From NCBI GenBank assembly GCA_040756235.1, contig JBFLZG010000010.1:1-45010 (forward strand): a stretch of DNA of 45,010 nucleotides, written 5' to 3'. The DNA comes from a bacterium (GTDB lineage: Bacteria; Desulfobacterota; DSWW01). A program made the position numbers and the translations under genes. The notes under the pieces were generated by a model that did no database searches, was not told the origin of the DNA, and saw only the letters and a list, made by a program, of their open reading frames with translations. Shown here piece after piece: positions 34,665 to 45,010 of this stretch (its first letter is position 1; the number at the start of each line of letters is the position of its first letter).

Positions 34665-34847
34665 ATGAACAGGCAATGCCCGATCCTCGGGCTCTTTGCT
34701 CTGCTGTGCTCTCCTTTGCTGGGATGTGGTGACGAGGGAGCCTGCTGGTACTACGAAGGAGACTTTGCCTACTGCGAGGAGACGTGGGAAGACGATTGTC
34801 ACGGGGATTTCTGGATAGAAGATGAAGACTGCTATGACTCATGGTAA
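34665..34847 (+). CDS. 60-aa acidic, cysteine- and aromatic-rich putative lipoprotein
   Basis: GGAG RBS; signal MNRQCPILGLFALLCSPLLG followed by C (lipobox LLG-C); mature CGDEGACWYYEGDFAYCEETWEDDCHGDFWIEDEDCYDSW. Confidence 0.65.
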   Translation: MNRQCPILGLFALLCSPLLGCGDEGACWYYEGDFAYCEETWEDDCHGDFWIEDEDCYDSW

Positions 34848-34882
34848 TGCCTTCTCATCCGTGCTGTCCGCCGTGAATCGTT

Positions 34883-36832
34883 TCACTTCAAGGGCCAGAC
34901 GGCTCGGATCGTAGTGCCCCGGCCCACGGCAGACTCCACGGTCAGGCGGCCGTCGGTGAGCTCCGCCCGCTCGCGCATGCTGGTCAGACCCAGGCCCCTG
35001 CCGAAAGGACCCACGGTCATGGCCTTCGGCACATCGAAGCCTTCGCCGTCATCCTGGATGATCAGCTCGATCCCGCCGTCCGCCTTTGCAAGCCTCAGCC
35101 GCACCCGGCTCGCCGTGCTGTGCTTGCCCACGTTGTTCATCGCCTCCTGCATGATTCTGTAAATCGCGATCTTCAGAGGCTCTGACACGTCGCCCTCCAT
35201 GATCTGCAGCTCCGTTTCCAGCTGCAGCCGCGGGAACGTCACCCTGTACTCCCGGCAGAACCATCGGATCGCCGCAACCAGTCCAAAGTCGTCCAGGACC
35301 GAAGGGCGCAAGGACATCTGAACCCTTCGCACCTCTTCCATGCTCTTCTGAATCGTCGGGATGACGTCCTCCAGCGATTTGAGCCGCGTCCTGTTCCTCC
35401 CCTTGCCCGCCTGGAACAGGGCCAGCTCGACCCTGAATTTGACCGCGGCCAGGATCTGCCCGATGCTGTCGTGGATCTCCTTGGCCAGAAATCTCCTCTC
35501 GTTCTCCAGCGACGTCAGGAGCTGAGCAGAAAGGTGCCGCAGCTCTTCATTGACTTTCCCCAGCTCCGCCGTGCGCTCCCGGACGCGCACCTCGAGCTCG
35601 TCCCGCGACCTGCAGAGCTCCTCCTCCGCCCGTTTCTGCTCGGTGATGTCCGGGCTGATGCCGACGTACCCCAGGAACTCGCCGCCCGGAGAAAAACGCG
35701 GTTCCCCGTGCGACGCGATCCAACGCCATTGGCCGTCGGCCCGTCGCATGCGCGCCTCGGCCTCGAAAGGCTTGCGTTCCTGCATCGAACGCAGGAAGGT
35801 CCCCACGTACTCGGGAAGGTCGCTCGGGTGAACGAACGGCTGCCATTGGCCGCCCAGTGCCTGTTCCCTGGTCACGCCGAGAAACTCGCAGTACGTGCGG
35901 TTGACGAACTGGTTGCCGCCCTCGGCATCGCTCACCCAGAGAATCATGGGGGAGCCGTCGGCCATGACGCGGAATCGCTCTTCACTCTCCCGCAGCGCCT
36001 CTTCAACGCGCTTGCGCTCGGTCATGTCGCGCACGAAGACCCCGATGCGTCCCTCTTCGATGTGCAGATAGAGCGCGGTGATCTCGACGTCGAAGAGCGT
36101 CCCGTCTTTACGGCGATGGCGCGATTCGAATCGGTCGTGCCCGCCGCCTTCGAGCACCTTCCGGATGTGCCGGGCGACCTCTTCGGGGGACTCGCTCGCT
36201 TCCAGCGTGCTGATCGGCATGCGCGTGAGCTCGGCCCGGCTGTAACCGGACATGCGGCAGTAGGCGTCGTTGACCTCGAGAATCTCGCCTTGCAGATTCT
36301 GGACCCAGACGCCGTCGGAGGTCGTGTCGATCAGGGTCGAGTATTTCCGCGCCACCAACTCCAGCGCCTCTTCCGCGCGTTTGCGCTCCGTGACGTCGTG
36401 CGTGATCCCCAGGATCCGCTGAATCTGCCCCCGGTCATCCATCAGCGGGACGTAGCTGACGACCACGGTCGTGGTACCGGAAGGCAGCGTATGCGTGGAC
36501 TCGAACGTCTGTGGCGTCCTCGTTTCGAGGCAGAGATGAAGATACGGCAGATACGTGCCCGTCACCTCCGGCGGCAAGAGCTCATCATCGCACCGCCCGA
36601 CGATCTGCTCGCGGCTCAGACCGGACTTGACGACCCCGGCCCGGTTGATGAAACGAATGCGCAGGTCGGGATCATAGAGCACGGAGGCGTAGGGGTAATG
36701 GTCCAGGGCCGAGCGGAACCACGGCTCGGCTTCCCCGGAGTCGTGCCGAGCACCGTCACCGGCCTCCGGCAGCTCTTCGCGCAGGCGCCGGGTCTCCTCG
36801 AGTCGTTCCTCCCGTTCCGGATCATCATGCAT
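34883..36832 (-). CDS. Cytoplasmic PAS-PAS-PAS sensor histidine kinase (HisKA_3, NarX/UhpB type)
   Basis: Three PAS/PAC units ending D(V/M/I)TE.KR; ERRFLAKEIHDSIGQ H-box; LRPSVLDDFGL; QEAMNNVGKH; DDGEGFD; GLGLTSMRER. Start MHDD at 36832 after GAGGTG. Confidence 0.92.
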   Translation of the reverse strand: MHDDPEREERLEETRRLREELPEAGDGARHDSGEAEPWFRSALDHYPYASVLYDPDLRIRFINRAGVVKSGLSREQIVGRCDDELLPPEVTGTYLPYLHLCLETRTPQTFESTHTLPSGTTTVVVSYVPLMDDRGQIQRILGITHDVTERKRAEEALELVARKYSTLIDTTSDGVWVQNLQGEILEVNDAYCRMSGYSRAELTRMPISTLEASESPEEVARHIRKVLEGGGHDRFESRHRRKDGTLFDVEITALYLHIEEGRIGVFVRDMTERKRVEEALRESEERFRVMADGSPMILWVSDAEGGNQFVNRTYCEFLGVTREQALGGQWQPFVHPSDLPEYVGTFLRSMQERKPFEAEARMRRADGQWRWIASHGEPRFSPGGEFLGYVGISPDITEQKRAEEELCRSRDELEVRVRERTAELGKVNEELRHLSAQLLTSLENERRFLAKEIHDSIGQILAAVKFRVELALFQAGKGRNRTRLKSLEDVIPTIQKSMEEVRRVQMSLRPSVLDDFGLVAAIRWFCREYRVTFPRLQLETELQIMEGDVSEPLKIAIYRIMQEAMNNVGKHSTASRVRLRLAKADGGIELIIQDDGEGFDVPKAMTVGPFGRGLGLTSMRERAELTDGRLTVESAVGRGTTIRAVWPLK

Positions 36833-37118
36833 GAGGCACCTCAGGTGTGGCCCCTCACCAGACATACCGGATCGTGCCACCCGCGCTTGCCGGGCGAAGC
36901 GCAGGGAACGGGCGATTTGCGTGCAGATAGGTATTTTAGCATGAAAGTCCTCGACTCAATTCCGATGTTCAAGGATGGCCGTTAGTTCGTATGAGCTCCC
37001 GTGCTCGTGGCGAGCCGCGGGGCGAGGCGCGGGCGTACGGGCAGCAGAGCCGGCGGCGTGAGACGGGGCGGCTGCATGACACACGATGAGCGCATGGGCA
37101 TTGAATCTGAGAATGATG

Positions 37119-37174
37119 AAAAAAGAGGCCCCGAAGCCGTGCATCCGGGGGGGAGGGATGCACGACCTCGGGGG
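37119..37174 (-). terminator. Intrinsic terminator downstream of the YciI gene
   Basis: CCCCGAGGTCGTGCATCC / GGATGCACGGCTTCGGGG stem followed by CCTCTTTTTT on the minus strand. Confidence 0.7.
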
Positions 37175-37296
37175 AGCAATGTCATAGGTCAGATGCAGCC
37201 GCGCACGCTTGGTTTCAGAGCGCTCGAGCAGGGCGAGGTGAATGCCGTCCCGGATCTTCAACGAAGGCTCCTGAGGCGGGCGAGAATGTGAATGGG

Positions 37297-37698
37297 TTAC
37301 TCGCCGTTCGTCGATTTCGAGCGCCGCCGATCACTTTCGCGGATCTTTTCGGTCAAGTCCTCGGCCGGGCGGATCTCGAAAGGTCCTGCCTTCACACCGG
37401 GATGCTGCGACATCAACCGGATGGCGTGGTTCAGGTCCCTGGCCTCGAGCACCAGGATTCCTCCCAACTGCTCCTTGGTCTCGGCATACGGGCCGTCGGT
37501 GGTGAGCACCTTGCCGTTCTTCCACCGCAGGGTGGTGGCGCTGCGAGCGCTCCGGAGCGCTTCCCCGCCGACGAAGTGACCGTTCTTCCGCAGCACGTCG
37601 TCATAGGCGAAACACTCGTCCATCAGGGCGTTCTGCTCGCTCTCGGGCATTTCTTCCCACTTCTTCTCGTCGTAATATCCCAGGCAGATGTACTTCAT
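37297..37698 (-). CDS. YciI family (DGPF domain) protein
   Basis: MKYICLGY...GGEAL...ATTLR...[22 protein letters not shown]...HP...EIRP. Confidence 0.92.
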   Translation of the reverse strand: MKYICLGYYDEKKWEEMPESEQNALMDECFAYDDVLRKNGHFVGGEALRSARSATTLRWKNGKVLTTDGPYAETKEQLGGILVLEARDLNHAIRLMSQHPGVKAGPFEIRPAEDLTEKIRESDRRRSKSTNGE

Positions 37699-37803
37699 GG
37701 TCTTCCCCTGATTGCGGCGTCCCGAGCCGCATGCTTCTCGGGCTGCGCGCGTACATGTGTTTCTTGTCTGAGGCGGGCCAGCTCCGGGCCCATCCATCCT
37801 ATG

Positions 37804-37830
37804 GTCGTTCGGCCCTGGCTGAAATCGACA
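37804..37830 (-). promoter_or_regulatory. ECF sigma factor (ECF42-like) promoter
   Basis: TGTCGA-N17-CGAC about 105 bp upstream of the DGPF gene. Confidence 0.6.
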
Positions 37831-38203
37831 ACGCGGGGAATGGGACAGGCCGGTCCGGGACCGACTTAGAGGGGTCCCGCCACTCGGCTGACTTGAGGCA
37901 CGCCGCCCTTGCGAGTGCGCGACCTGAGCCCGTTCATCGTCTCGTCGATTCACCACGCGCTGACCTGCGTGGTAGCGACGCCCGGGCGAGGCCACCCCGC
38001 AGAATACGTGTCGGGGCGACCGATTTGACACCGGCACGTCGTTTCTACAATCCTTTCTACGTACCGCAGAGTTGGTGGGGAAGTTCGGAGATCCTCCTGC
38101 GGAGGGCTCGGCGCCGAGCGTCGCGCCCGCGCACGGGCGGATCCCGGCAACCGCCTCGAACACCGCCCGAGCAACCGGGATGGGCGGGATGGAGGTTGAA
38201 ACC

Positions 38204-40750
38204 ATGAGCACCCCGCAAACGGCCCGCAGCCCGATCTACCTCTTTCTGCCGGTCGAGATCGAAGGTTTCGACTCCCTCGCCGAGCTCGCCCTGGACATCC
38301 GCTGGTCGTGGAACCATTCCGCCGACGAGCTGTGGAGGCATCTCGATCCCGTGCTGTGGGATCTCACGCACAATCCCTGGGCCGTCCTCCAGGCCGCGTC
38401 TCGGGAGCGCCTCGGGGAGGCTCTGACCGACCGGGGATTTCGCAGGAAGGTCGAGGCGCTCCTGGGCGACAAGAGCCGCGCCTGCGACGAGCCGGCCTGG
38501 TTTCAGCGCAACCATGCGCAGTCCCCCCTTACGAACGTCGCGTACTTCAGCATGGAATTCATGCTGAGCGAAGCGCTTCCGATCTATTCGGGCGGGCTCG
38601 GCAACGTGGCCGGCGATCAGCTCAAGGCGGCGAGCGACCTGGGCGTACCGGTGACCGGCGTGGGACTGCTCTACCAGCAGGGTTATTTCCGCCAGGTGAT
38701 CAACAAGGACGGTGCTCAGGAGGCCTTGTTCCCTTACAACGCCCCCGGGCAGCTGCCGATCACCCCGCTGCGCGAGCCGAACGGGGAGTGGCTGCGCCTG
38801 AGGGTCGCGCTGCCCGGCTACTCGGTCTGGCTGCGGGCCTGGCAGGTCCAGGCCGGCCGGGTCAAGCTCTATCTCCTGGACAGCAACGATCTGGCCAACC
38901 TTCCGGCCCACCGGGGGATCACGAGCGAGCTTTACGGCGGCGGGCCCGAGGTCCGGATGAGGCAGGAGCTCGTGCTCGGGATCGGAGGCTGGCGGCTGCT
39001 CGAAACGCTCGGCTTGAGACCCGAGGTCTGCCATCTCAACGAAGGGCACGCTGCGTTCGTCGTGTTGGCAAGGGCTCGGAGCTACATGGAGGAAACCGGG
39101 GTGTCGTTCGATACCGCCCTGGCCGTCACCCGCGCAGGCAATCTCTTCACGACCCACACGCCCGTGGACGCAGGCTTCGATCGGTTCCACCCTTCCCTGG
39201 TCGAGCGCTATCTGGGCTCGTACGCGGAGCAGAGGCTCGGGGTGCCGATCCGGCGCATCCTGGCTCTCGGCCGCCGGAACCCGGAAGATGCGGCCGAGGA
39301 CTTCAACATGGCGTATCTCGCGCTGCGCGGGAGCGGCGCGGTCAACGGCGTGAGCCGGCTGCACGGGAAAGTGAGCCGCCGCATCTTTCAGCCCTTGTTC
39401 CCGCGCTGGCCCGAGGCCGAGGTGCCGGTCGGACATGTGACCAACGGCGTTCACATGCCGACCTGGGATTCGGCGGAAGCGGACGAGCTCTGGACGAGGT
39501 CCTGCGGCCAGGACCGCTGGGTGGGAACGGCCGCTACGCTGGAGGAAGACATTCGGGAAGTCCCGGACTCGAAGCTCTGGCAATTGAGGACCGCCGCCCG
39601 CGCCTCGCTGGTCGACACCGTGCGCGAGTGGCTGGAACGCCAGGCGGCCGCCTCCGGCCTGTCCCTGGAAGGGGCCGAAAGCATGCGCGACGTCCTCGAT
39701 CCGCACGCGCTGACGCTCGGCTTCGCGCGCCGCTTCGCCACCTACAAGAGGCCGACCCTGCTCCTCCATGACCCCGAGCGGCTCACGGCCATCCTCACCA
39801 ACCGGGAACGGCCCGTTCAGCTGCTGATCGCCGGAAAAGCCCACCCGGCCGATCCGCCGGGGCAGGCCATGATCCGGGAGTGGACGCGCTTCATCCGCAG
39901 GCCCGAGATCCGCAGGCACGCGGCCTTCCTGCAGGATTACGACATGCTCGTGACCGAGCGCCTGGTGCAGGGCGTGGATGTCTGGATCAACACGCCCCGG
40001 CGGCCCTGGGAGGCATGCGGGACGAGCGGGATGAAGGTCCTCGTCAACGGAGGCCTCAATCTGTCCGAGCTGGACGGGTGGTGGGCGGAAGCCTACTCGC
40101 CCGAGGTGGGCTGGGCCCTGGGCGACGGCCGGGAGTACGGCGACGACCCGGCCTGGGACGCGGCCGAGGCCGAGGCTCTCTACCGGCTGCTGGAAGATCA
40201 CGTCGTCCCCGAGTTCTACTCGCGCGACGAGAACGGGCTCCCTGCTGCATGGGTAGCCCGCATGCGGCACAGCATGGCGCGGCTGACGCCGCGTTTCTCC
40301 GCGGACCGCACCCTGCGCGAATACACGGAGAGGTACTACCTCCCTGCGGCTCGCATCTACCGGGAGCGCGCCGCCGGGCAGGGGGCCGGAGGGGAGCGCC
40401 TGTGCAGATGGCTCCGGGCCCTGGAGCAGGGGTGGGCGCGCCTGCAATTCGGCCGAGTCAGGGTGAGAACGGAGCGCGAGTCGCACCTGTTCGAGGTCGA
40501 ACTGTTGCTGCGAGGACTGGACCCGGCCTGCGTGGAAGTCGAGCTCTACGCCGACGGTGCCGACGGCGGCGAGCCGGTGCGCCAGGCGATGGGCCGCAGC
40601 GATCCGCTGGCTGGCGCTGCCGACGGCTTCCTCTACGTTGCCAAGGTGCCGGCGACGCGTCCGGCCGCGGACTACACGGCCAGGGTGATCCCCCGCAACC
40701 CCGGCGTTGCCATCCCTCTGGAGGCCCCCCTGATCCTGTGGCAGCGTTGA
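38204..40750 (+). CDS. glgP: Second alpha-glucan (glycogen) phosphorylase
   Basis: [53 protein letters not shown] 38204 after GGAGG. Confidence 0.95.
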   Translation: MSTPQTARSPIYLFLPVEIEGFDSLAELALDIRWSWNHSADELWRHLDPVLWDLTHNPWAVLQAASRERLGEALTDRGFRRKVEALLGDKSRACDEPAWFQRNHAQSPLTNVAYFSMEFMLSEALPIYSGGLGNVAGDQLKAASDLGVPVTGVGLLYQQGYFRQVINKDGAQEALFPYNAPGQLPITPLREPNGEWLRLRVALPGYSVWLRAWQVQAGRVKLYLLDSNDLANLPAHRGITSELYGGGPEVRMRQELVLGIGGWRLLETLGLRPEVCHLNEGHAAFVVLARARSYMEETGVSFDTALAVTRAGNLFTTHTPVDAGFDRFHPSLVERYLGSYAEQRLGVPIRRILALGRRNPEDAAEDFNMAYLALRGSGAVNGVSRLHGKVSRRIFQPLFPRWPEAEVPVGHVTNGVHMPTWDSAEADELWTRSCGQDRWVGTAATLEEDIREVPDSKLWQLRTAARASLVDTVREWLERQAAASGLSLEGAESMRDVLDPHALTLGFARRFATYKRPTLLLHDPERLTAILTNRERPVQLLIAGKAHPADPPGQAMIREWTRFIRRPEIRRHAAFLQDYDMLVTERLVQGVDVWINTPRRPWEACGTSGMKVLVNGGLNLSELDGWWAEAYSPEVGWALGDGREYGDDPAWDAAEAEALYRLLEDHVVPEFYSRDENGLPAAWVARMRHSMARLTPRFSADRTLREYTERYYLPAARIYRERAAGQGAGGERLCRWLRALEQGWARLQFGRVRVRTERESHLFEVELLLRGLDPACVEVELYADGADGGEPVRQAMGRSDPLAGAADGFLYVAKVPATRPAADYTARVIPRNPGVAIPLEAPLILWQR

Positions 40751-40995
40751 AGCGGCGCGTTCCTTCCACAACCCTCTGCGGACCTCTGCGCATCTATCAA
40801 ATGATGATCCCTTGGACCGGAAAGGGATCGACGTGCAAGACTACGCGACCGATCCGACGACGATCGAGCTCGTCCGGCAGCCGGTCCAGAGCCTTTGTGC
40901 CCGGACGAGAAGGCTTCCAAGGTGGCGGCCTGATCCTTCCCCGACAGAGCCTCGACGCGAGCCCGGCCGCCGGCGGACGAAAGCGAGGTGGGATC

Positions 40996-42408
40996 GTGCC
41001 GGCTCCGCACGCGGATGCATTCGTCTTCTTCGGCGCTACCGGAGATCTGGCCTATCGGAAGATTTTTCCCGCGCTCCAGGCGCTGATCGCAAGCGGCCGC
41101 TTCGACATGCCGATCATCGGCGTGGCCAGGCGCGACGGGTCGACCGAACAGCTTCGCGCCCGCGCCCGGGAGAGCGTGGAGAAGAACGGCGGGCTGAATC
41201 CGGACGCGTTTGCCAGGCTCTGCGCCAGGCTCCGCTACGTATCCGGCGACTACCACGACGCGGCGGCGTTCGAACGGCTGCGCCAGGCGCTGGGCTCCGC
41301 CGAGAAGCCGCTCTACTATCTGGCCATCCCGCCCGGCGAGTTCGACCGCGTGGCCCGAGGGCTTGCCGCTTCCGGCTGTGTGAAAGGCGCCCGGGTCGTC
41401 GTGGAAAAGCCTTTCGGCCGCGATCTCTCCTCGGCCCGCGGGCTCAATCGGACGCTCCGGCTGGCCTTTCCCGAATCGGCCATCTTCCGGATCGATCACT
41501 ACCTCGGTAAAGAGGCGGTCTTGAACCTGCTCTATTTCCGCTTTGCCAACTCTTTCCTGGAGCCGATCTGGAACCGCCACTATATCGAACGCCTGCAGAT
41601 CGTCCTGTGCGAGAGCTCCGGCGTAGAGGGACGCGGCCGCTTCTACGAAGAAGTGGGCGCCATCCGCGATGTGATCCAGAACCATCTCTTTCAGGTGGTC
41701 GCGCTGCTCGCCATGGATGCCCCGGCCGACAGCGAGCCGGAAGCGCTGCGGGACGAGAAGATGCGGGTGTTCCGCGCGATGCGGCCGTTGACTCCCGGGG
41801 ACGTCGTGAAAGGACAGTTCCGCGGATACCGCGGGGAGGACGGGGTGGCCCCCGATTCGAGTGTCGAGACCTTCGGGGCGGTGCGGCTCTACATCGACAA
41901 TTGGCGTTGGGCGGGCGTCCCCTTTTACCTGCGCGCGGGAAAGAAGCTGCCGTTGAGCGCCACCGAGGTTTTCGTCGAGCTCAAGCGCCCGCCGCAGCGG
42001 GTGTTCGACGAGGTCGACCCGGGCCAGCCGAATCACTTCCACTTCCACCTCAGCCCGAAGGTCTGCATCTCCCTGGGGGTGCGGGCCAAGTTTCCCGGAG
42101 AGCCGATGCTCGGCAGGGAGGTGGAGCTGCTCGCCTGTCCCGTGTCCGGCGAGCAGATGTCGGAGTACGAGCGCCTTCTCCTGGACGCCCTGCGAGGGGA
42201 CCCTTCGCTCTTCGCGCGTCAGGACAGCGTGGAAGCCGCCTGGCGCGTCGTGGATCCGATTCTGGGCGACGCGGTGCAGGTACACGAGTACGAGCCGGGC
42301 ACCTGGGGACCCGCGGAGGCCGACCGCCTGTTCGGGGGTCGAGGCGGCTGGCACGACCCGCGGGATGAAGTATTCCACGCTCTCGACCAGGGAGACGCAG
42401 AACCGTAA
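40996..42408 (+). CDS. zwf: Glucose-6-phosphate 1-dehydrogenase
   Basis: [46 protein letters not shown] start after GAGGTG. The supplied ORF is over-extended at its 5' end. Confidence 0.96.
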   Translation: MPAPHADAFVFFGATGDLAYRKIFPALQALIASGRFDMPIIGVARRDGSTEQLRARARESVEKNGGLNPDAFARLCARLRYVSGDYHDAAAFERLRQALGSAEKPLYYLAIPPGEFDRVARGLAASGCVKGARVVVEKPFGRDLSSARGLNRTLRLAFPESAIFRIDHYLGKEAVLNLLYFRFANSFLEPIWNRHYIERLQIVLCESSGVEGRGRFYEEVGAIRDVIQNHLFQVVALLAMDAPADSEPEALRDEKMRVFRAMRPLTPGDVVKGQFRGYRGEDGVAPDSSVETFGAVRLYIDNWRWAGVPFYLRAGKKLPLSATEVFVELKRPPQRVFDEVDPGQPNHFHFHLSPKVCISLGVRAKFPGEPMLGREVELLACPVSGEQMSEYERLLLDALRGDPSLFARQDSVEAAWRVVDPILGDAVQVHEYEPGTWGPAEADRLFGGRGGWHDPRDEVFHALDQGDAEP

Positions 42409-42421
42409 GGAGAGAAACCCC

Positions 42422-44818
42422 ATGAGCAGATCAGCGGCTTCCCAGCAGCCCGCAGGGCCGGCAGAGCCCCTGAGCCAGGAGGAGCTCGCGAAGATCGACG
42501 CCTACTGGCGCGCGACCCTTTATCTATGCGCCGGCATGATCTTCCTCAAGGACAACCCGCTGCTGCGCAAGCCCTTGACCATCGATCACGTCAAGAAGCG
42601 GCTCCTGGGCCACTGGGGATCCGATCCCGGACAGACGTTCATCTGGGTGCACCTGAACCGGCTCATCCGCAAATACGATCTCGACATGATCTACATTTCC
42701 GGCCCCGGCCACGGCGCCCCGGCCGTCCTCTCCAACGCCTACCTGGAGGGGACCTACTCCGAGATCTATCCGGACAAGAGCGAGGACGAGGCGGGCATGC
42801 GGGAGTTCTTCAAGCAGTTCTCCTTTCCCGGCGGGATCGGCAGCCACTGCACGCCGGAGACTCCCGGCTCGATCCACGAAGGCGGCGAGCTGGGCTACAG
42901 CCTCTCCCACGCCTTCGGAGCCGCCTTCGACAACCCCGAGCTCATCGTTGCCTGCGTGATCGGCGACGGCGAAGCGGAGACCGGCCCCCTGGCGACTTCC
43001 TGGCACTCGAACAAGTTCCTCGACCCGGTGCGCGACGGGGCCGTGCTCCCCATCCTCCACCTGAACGGCTACAAGATCGCCAATCCCGCGCTGCTGGCGA
43101 GGATCGGCCATGGCGAGCTCGAGAGCCTGCTGGTCGGTTACGGATACAAGCCGCTCTTCGTCGGCGGCTCCGATCCCAAAGTCATGCACCCGCTCATGGC
43201 CCGGACCCTGGAGGCCGCCGTGTGCGGCATCCGCAAGATCCGGAAGGAAGCACGCAGCCACGGTCTGGCCGAGCGGCCCCAGTGGCCGATGATCGTGCTT
43301 TGCACCCCCAAGGGTTGGACCGGCCCCCGGGAAGTGGACGGGCACAAGGTGGAGGGCTTCTGGCGGTCCCACCAGGTGCCGCTGGACATCCACGGAAATC
43401 CGGCTCACCTGAAGATGCTCGAAGAGTGGATGCGCGGCTACAGGCCCGAGGAGCTGTTCGATGAGAGAGGGAAGCTCAGAGCCGAGCTCAGGGAGACGGC
43501 GCCCTCGGGCTCACGCCGCATGAGCGCGAACCCGGTGACGAACGGCGGCCTGGTGCGCAAGGCGCTGCGTCTGCCCGACTTCCGCTCCTATGCGGTCGAG
43601 ATCGCGGAACGCGCCAGCACCCGGGCCGAGAACACGCGCGTGCTGGGCACCTTCCTGCGGGACGTGATGCGCGGCAACCCGACGAACTTCCGCGTCTTCG
43701 GTCCGGACGAGACGGCCTCCAACCGTCTCCAGGCCCTCTACGAGGCCACCAAGAAGACCTGGATGGCCGAGATCAAGCCCGAGGACGCGGACGGGAGCGA
43801 GCTCGCCCGCGACGGGCGCGTCATGGAGATGCTGAGCGAGCACACTCTGGAGGGCTGGCTGGAGGGGTACCTGCTGACCGGGCGGCACGGCCTGTTCGCT
43901 TCCTACGAAGCCTTCATCCACGTCATCGACTCCATGTTCAATCAGCATGCCAAGTGGCTGGCGAAATGCCAGGAGATCCCGTGGAGGGCCCCGGTCTCCT
44001 CTCTGAACCTGCTCATCACCTCCACGGTCTGGCGCCAGGACCACAACGGCTTCAGTCACCAGGACCCCGGGTTCCTGGACGTGGTCCTGAACAAGAGTGC
44101 CAGGGTGACGCGCATCTACCTGCCGCCGGACGCCAACTGCCTCCTGTCGGTCGCCGACCACTGTCTGCGCAGCACGAACTACGTCAACGTCATCGTTGCG
44201 GACAAGCAGCTGCATCTCCAGTACCTGAGCATGGACGAAGCCATCCGGCATTGCTCCAAAGGAATCGGCATCTGGGAGTGGGCCAGCAGCGATCACGGGT
44301 GCGAGCCCGACGTGGTGCTGGCCTGTGCGGGCGACGTTCCCACCATGGAAGCCCTGGCTGCGACGGCCATGCTCCGGGCGAGCTTCCCGGACCTGAAGCT
44401 GCGCTTCATCAACGTCGTCGATCTGTTCAAGCTCGAGCCCGAGTCCGAGCACCTCCACGGGCTCGCGGACCGTGACTTCGACAGCCTGTTCACCCGTGAC
44501 CGTCCGATCATCTTCAACTTCCACGGCTACCCCTGGCTGATCCACAAGCTCGCCTACCGCCGCACCAACCACAAGAACCTCCACGTGCGCGGCTACAAGG
44601 AATACGGCAACATCAACACGCCCCTGGACCTGGCCATACGGAACCAGATCGACCGCTTCGACCTGGCGATCGACGTGATCGACCGCGTCCCGAAGCTCCA
44701 GGTTGCCGGAGCCCACGTCAAGGAGTGGCTGAAGGATCAGATCCTGGAGAACATCGAGTACGCCGAGGAGCACGGGGTCGACAAACCGGAGTTTGCCGAC
44801 TGGAAGTGGACCCGCTAG
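42422..44818 (+). CDS. xfp: Xylulose-5-phosphate/fructose-6-phosphate phosphoketolase
   Basis: [25 protein letters not shown] motif [23 protein letters not shown] 42422 after AAGGAG. Confidence 0.96.
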   Translation: MSRSAASQQPAGPAEPLSQEELAKIDAYWRATLYLCAGMIFLKDNPLLRKPLTIDHVKKRLLGHWGSDPGQTFIWVHLNRLIRKYDLDMIYISGPGHGAPAVLSNAYLEGTYSEIYPDKSEDEAGMREFFKQFSFPGGIGSHCTPETPGSIHEGGELGYSLSHAFGAAFDNPELIVACVIGDGEAETGPLATSWHSNKFLDPVRDGAVLPILHLNGYKIANPALLARIGHGELESLLVGYGYKPLFVGGSDPKVMHPLMARTLEAAVCGIRKIRKEARSHGLAERPQWPMIVLCTPKGWTGPREVDGHKVEGFWRSHQVPLDIHGNPAHLKMLEEWMRGYRPEELFDERGKLRAELRETAPSGSRRMSANPVTNGGLVRKALRLPDFRSYAVEIAERASTRAENTRVLGTFLRDVMRGNPTNFRVFGPDETASNRLQALYEATKKTWMAEIKPEDADGSELARDGRVMEMLSEHTLEGWLEGYLLTGRHGLFASYEAFIHVIDSMFNQHAKWLAKCQEIPWRAPVSSLNLLITSTVWRQDHNGFSHQDPGFLDVVLNKSARVTRIYLPPDANCLLSVADHCLRSTNYVNVIVADKQLHLQYLSMDEAIRHCSKGIGIWEWASSDHGCEPDVVLACAGDVPTMEALAATAMLRASFPDLKLRFINVVDLFKLEPESEHLHGLADRDFDSLFTRDRPIIFNFHGYPWLIHKLAYRRTNHKNLHVRGYKEYGNINTPLDLAIRNQIDRFDLAIDVIDRVPKLQVAGAHVKEWLKDQILENIEYAEEHGVDKPEFADWKWTR

Positions 44819-44821
44819 CCG

Positions 44822-44965
44822 GTCATTCCCGCGACGCGGCTGTGTCCTATTCGGTCATCCCGGCCCACTTGCGGAGCGCGTGTGAGCCGGGATCCAGAAG
44901 GGTGCACCCAGACCAGCTGCAGGAACCGGGTGCAGGGACTGGATTCCGGCCTGCGCCGGAATGAC
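44822..44965. repeat. Cluster of GTCAT..GGATCC-type REP hairpins
   Basis: GTCATTCCCGCG..., GTCATCCCGGC...GCCGGGATCCAG and inverted CTGGATTCCGGC-CTGC-GCCGGAATGAC. Confidence 0.75.
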
Positions 44966-45010
44966 GGAAAGCATGTGGCCGCACCGCTGAGTCCTCCGGA
45001 ATGAGTGGCC

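Noticed and set aside
39880..40995. Apparent 372-aa N-terminal extension of Zwf
   Set aside because: It overlaps glgP2 out of frame and is low-complexity; a good RBS and GTG start exist at 40996.
40751..40995. Possible small ORF or gene relic between glgP2 and zwf
   Set aside because: No frame gives a recognisable protein motif.

Overview
GC-rich bacterial DNA whose gene content and order resemble Deltaproteobacteria/Desulfobacterota. The window has three parts. (1) A housekeeping core (~10.4-33.7 kb) lies between two outward-pointing tRNA genes, tRNA-Arg(CCG) on - and tRNA-Leu(CAG) on +. It holds a DacZ-type diadenylate cyclase, an ABC-F ATPase, ogt, DUF4911, glgC-glgP, tlyA-xseB-M23-xseA, ctpA-envC-ftsX-ftsE and coaX-birA-nadC-valS, and carries several families of MITE/REP-like repeats. 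(2) The left accessory flank (1-10.37 kb) is a co-directional cluster: GntR regulator, DUF1329, a soluble Cache-like protein, three FMN/OYE-family oxidoreductases, a hydantoin-racemase-family enzyme and the relic C-terminus of a fourth OYE. Between it and tRNA-Arg is mobile-element debris: a Ycf46-like ATPase fragment, a dead toxin-antitoxin pair and att/IHF-like sites. (3) The right accessory flank (33.7-45 kb) starts with a frameshifted tyrosine-integrase relic next to tRNA-Leu. It continues with small orphan proteins, an orphan PAS histidine kinase, a YciI/DGPF gene and a second glycogen phosphorylase-zwf-phosphoketolase module. No CRISPR array, rRNA or intact transposase/integrase was seen. 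All family assignments come from motif recognition by eye; no database searches were run.
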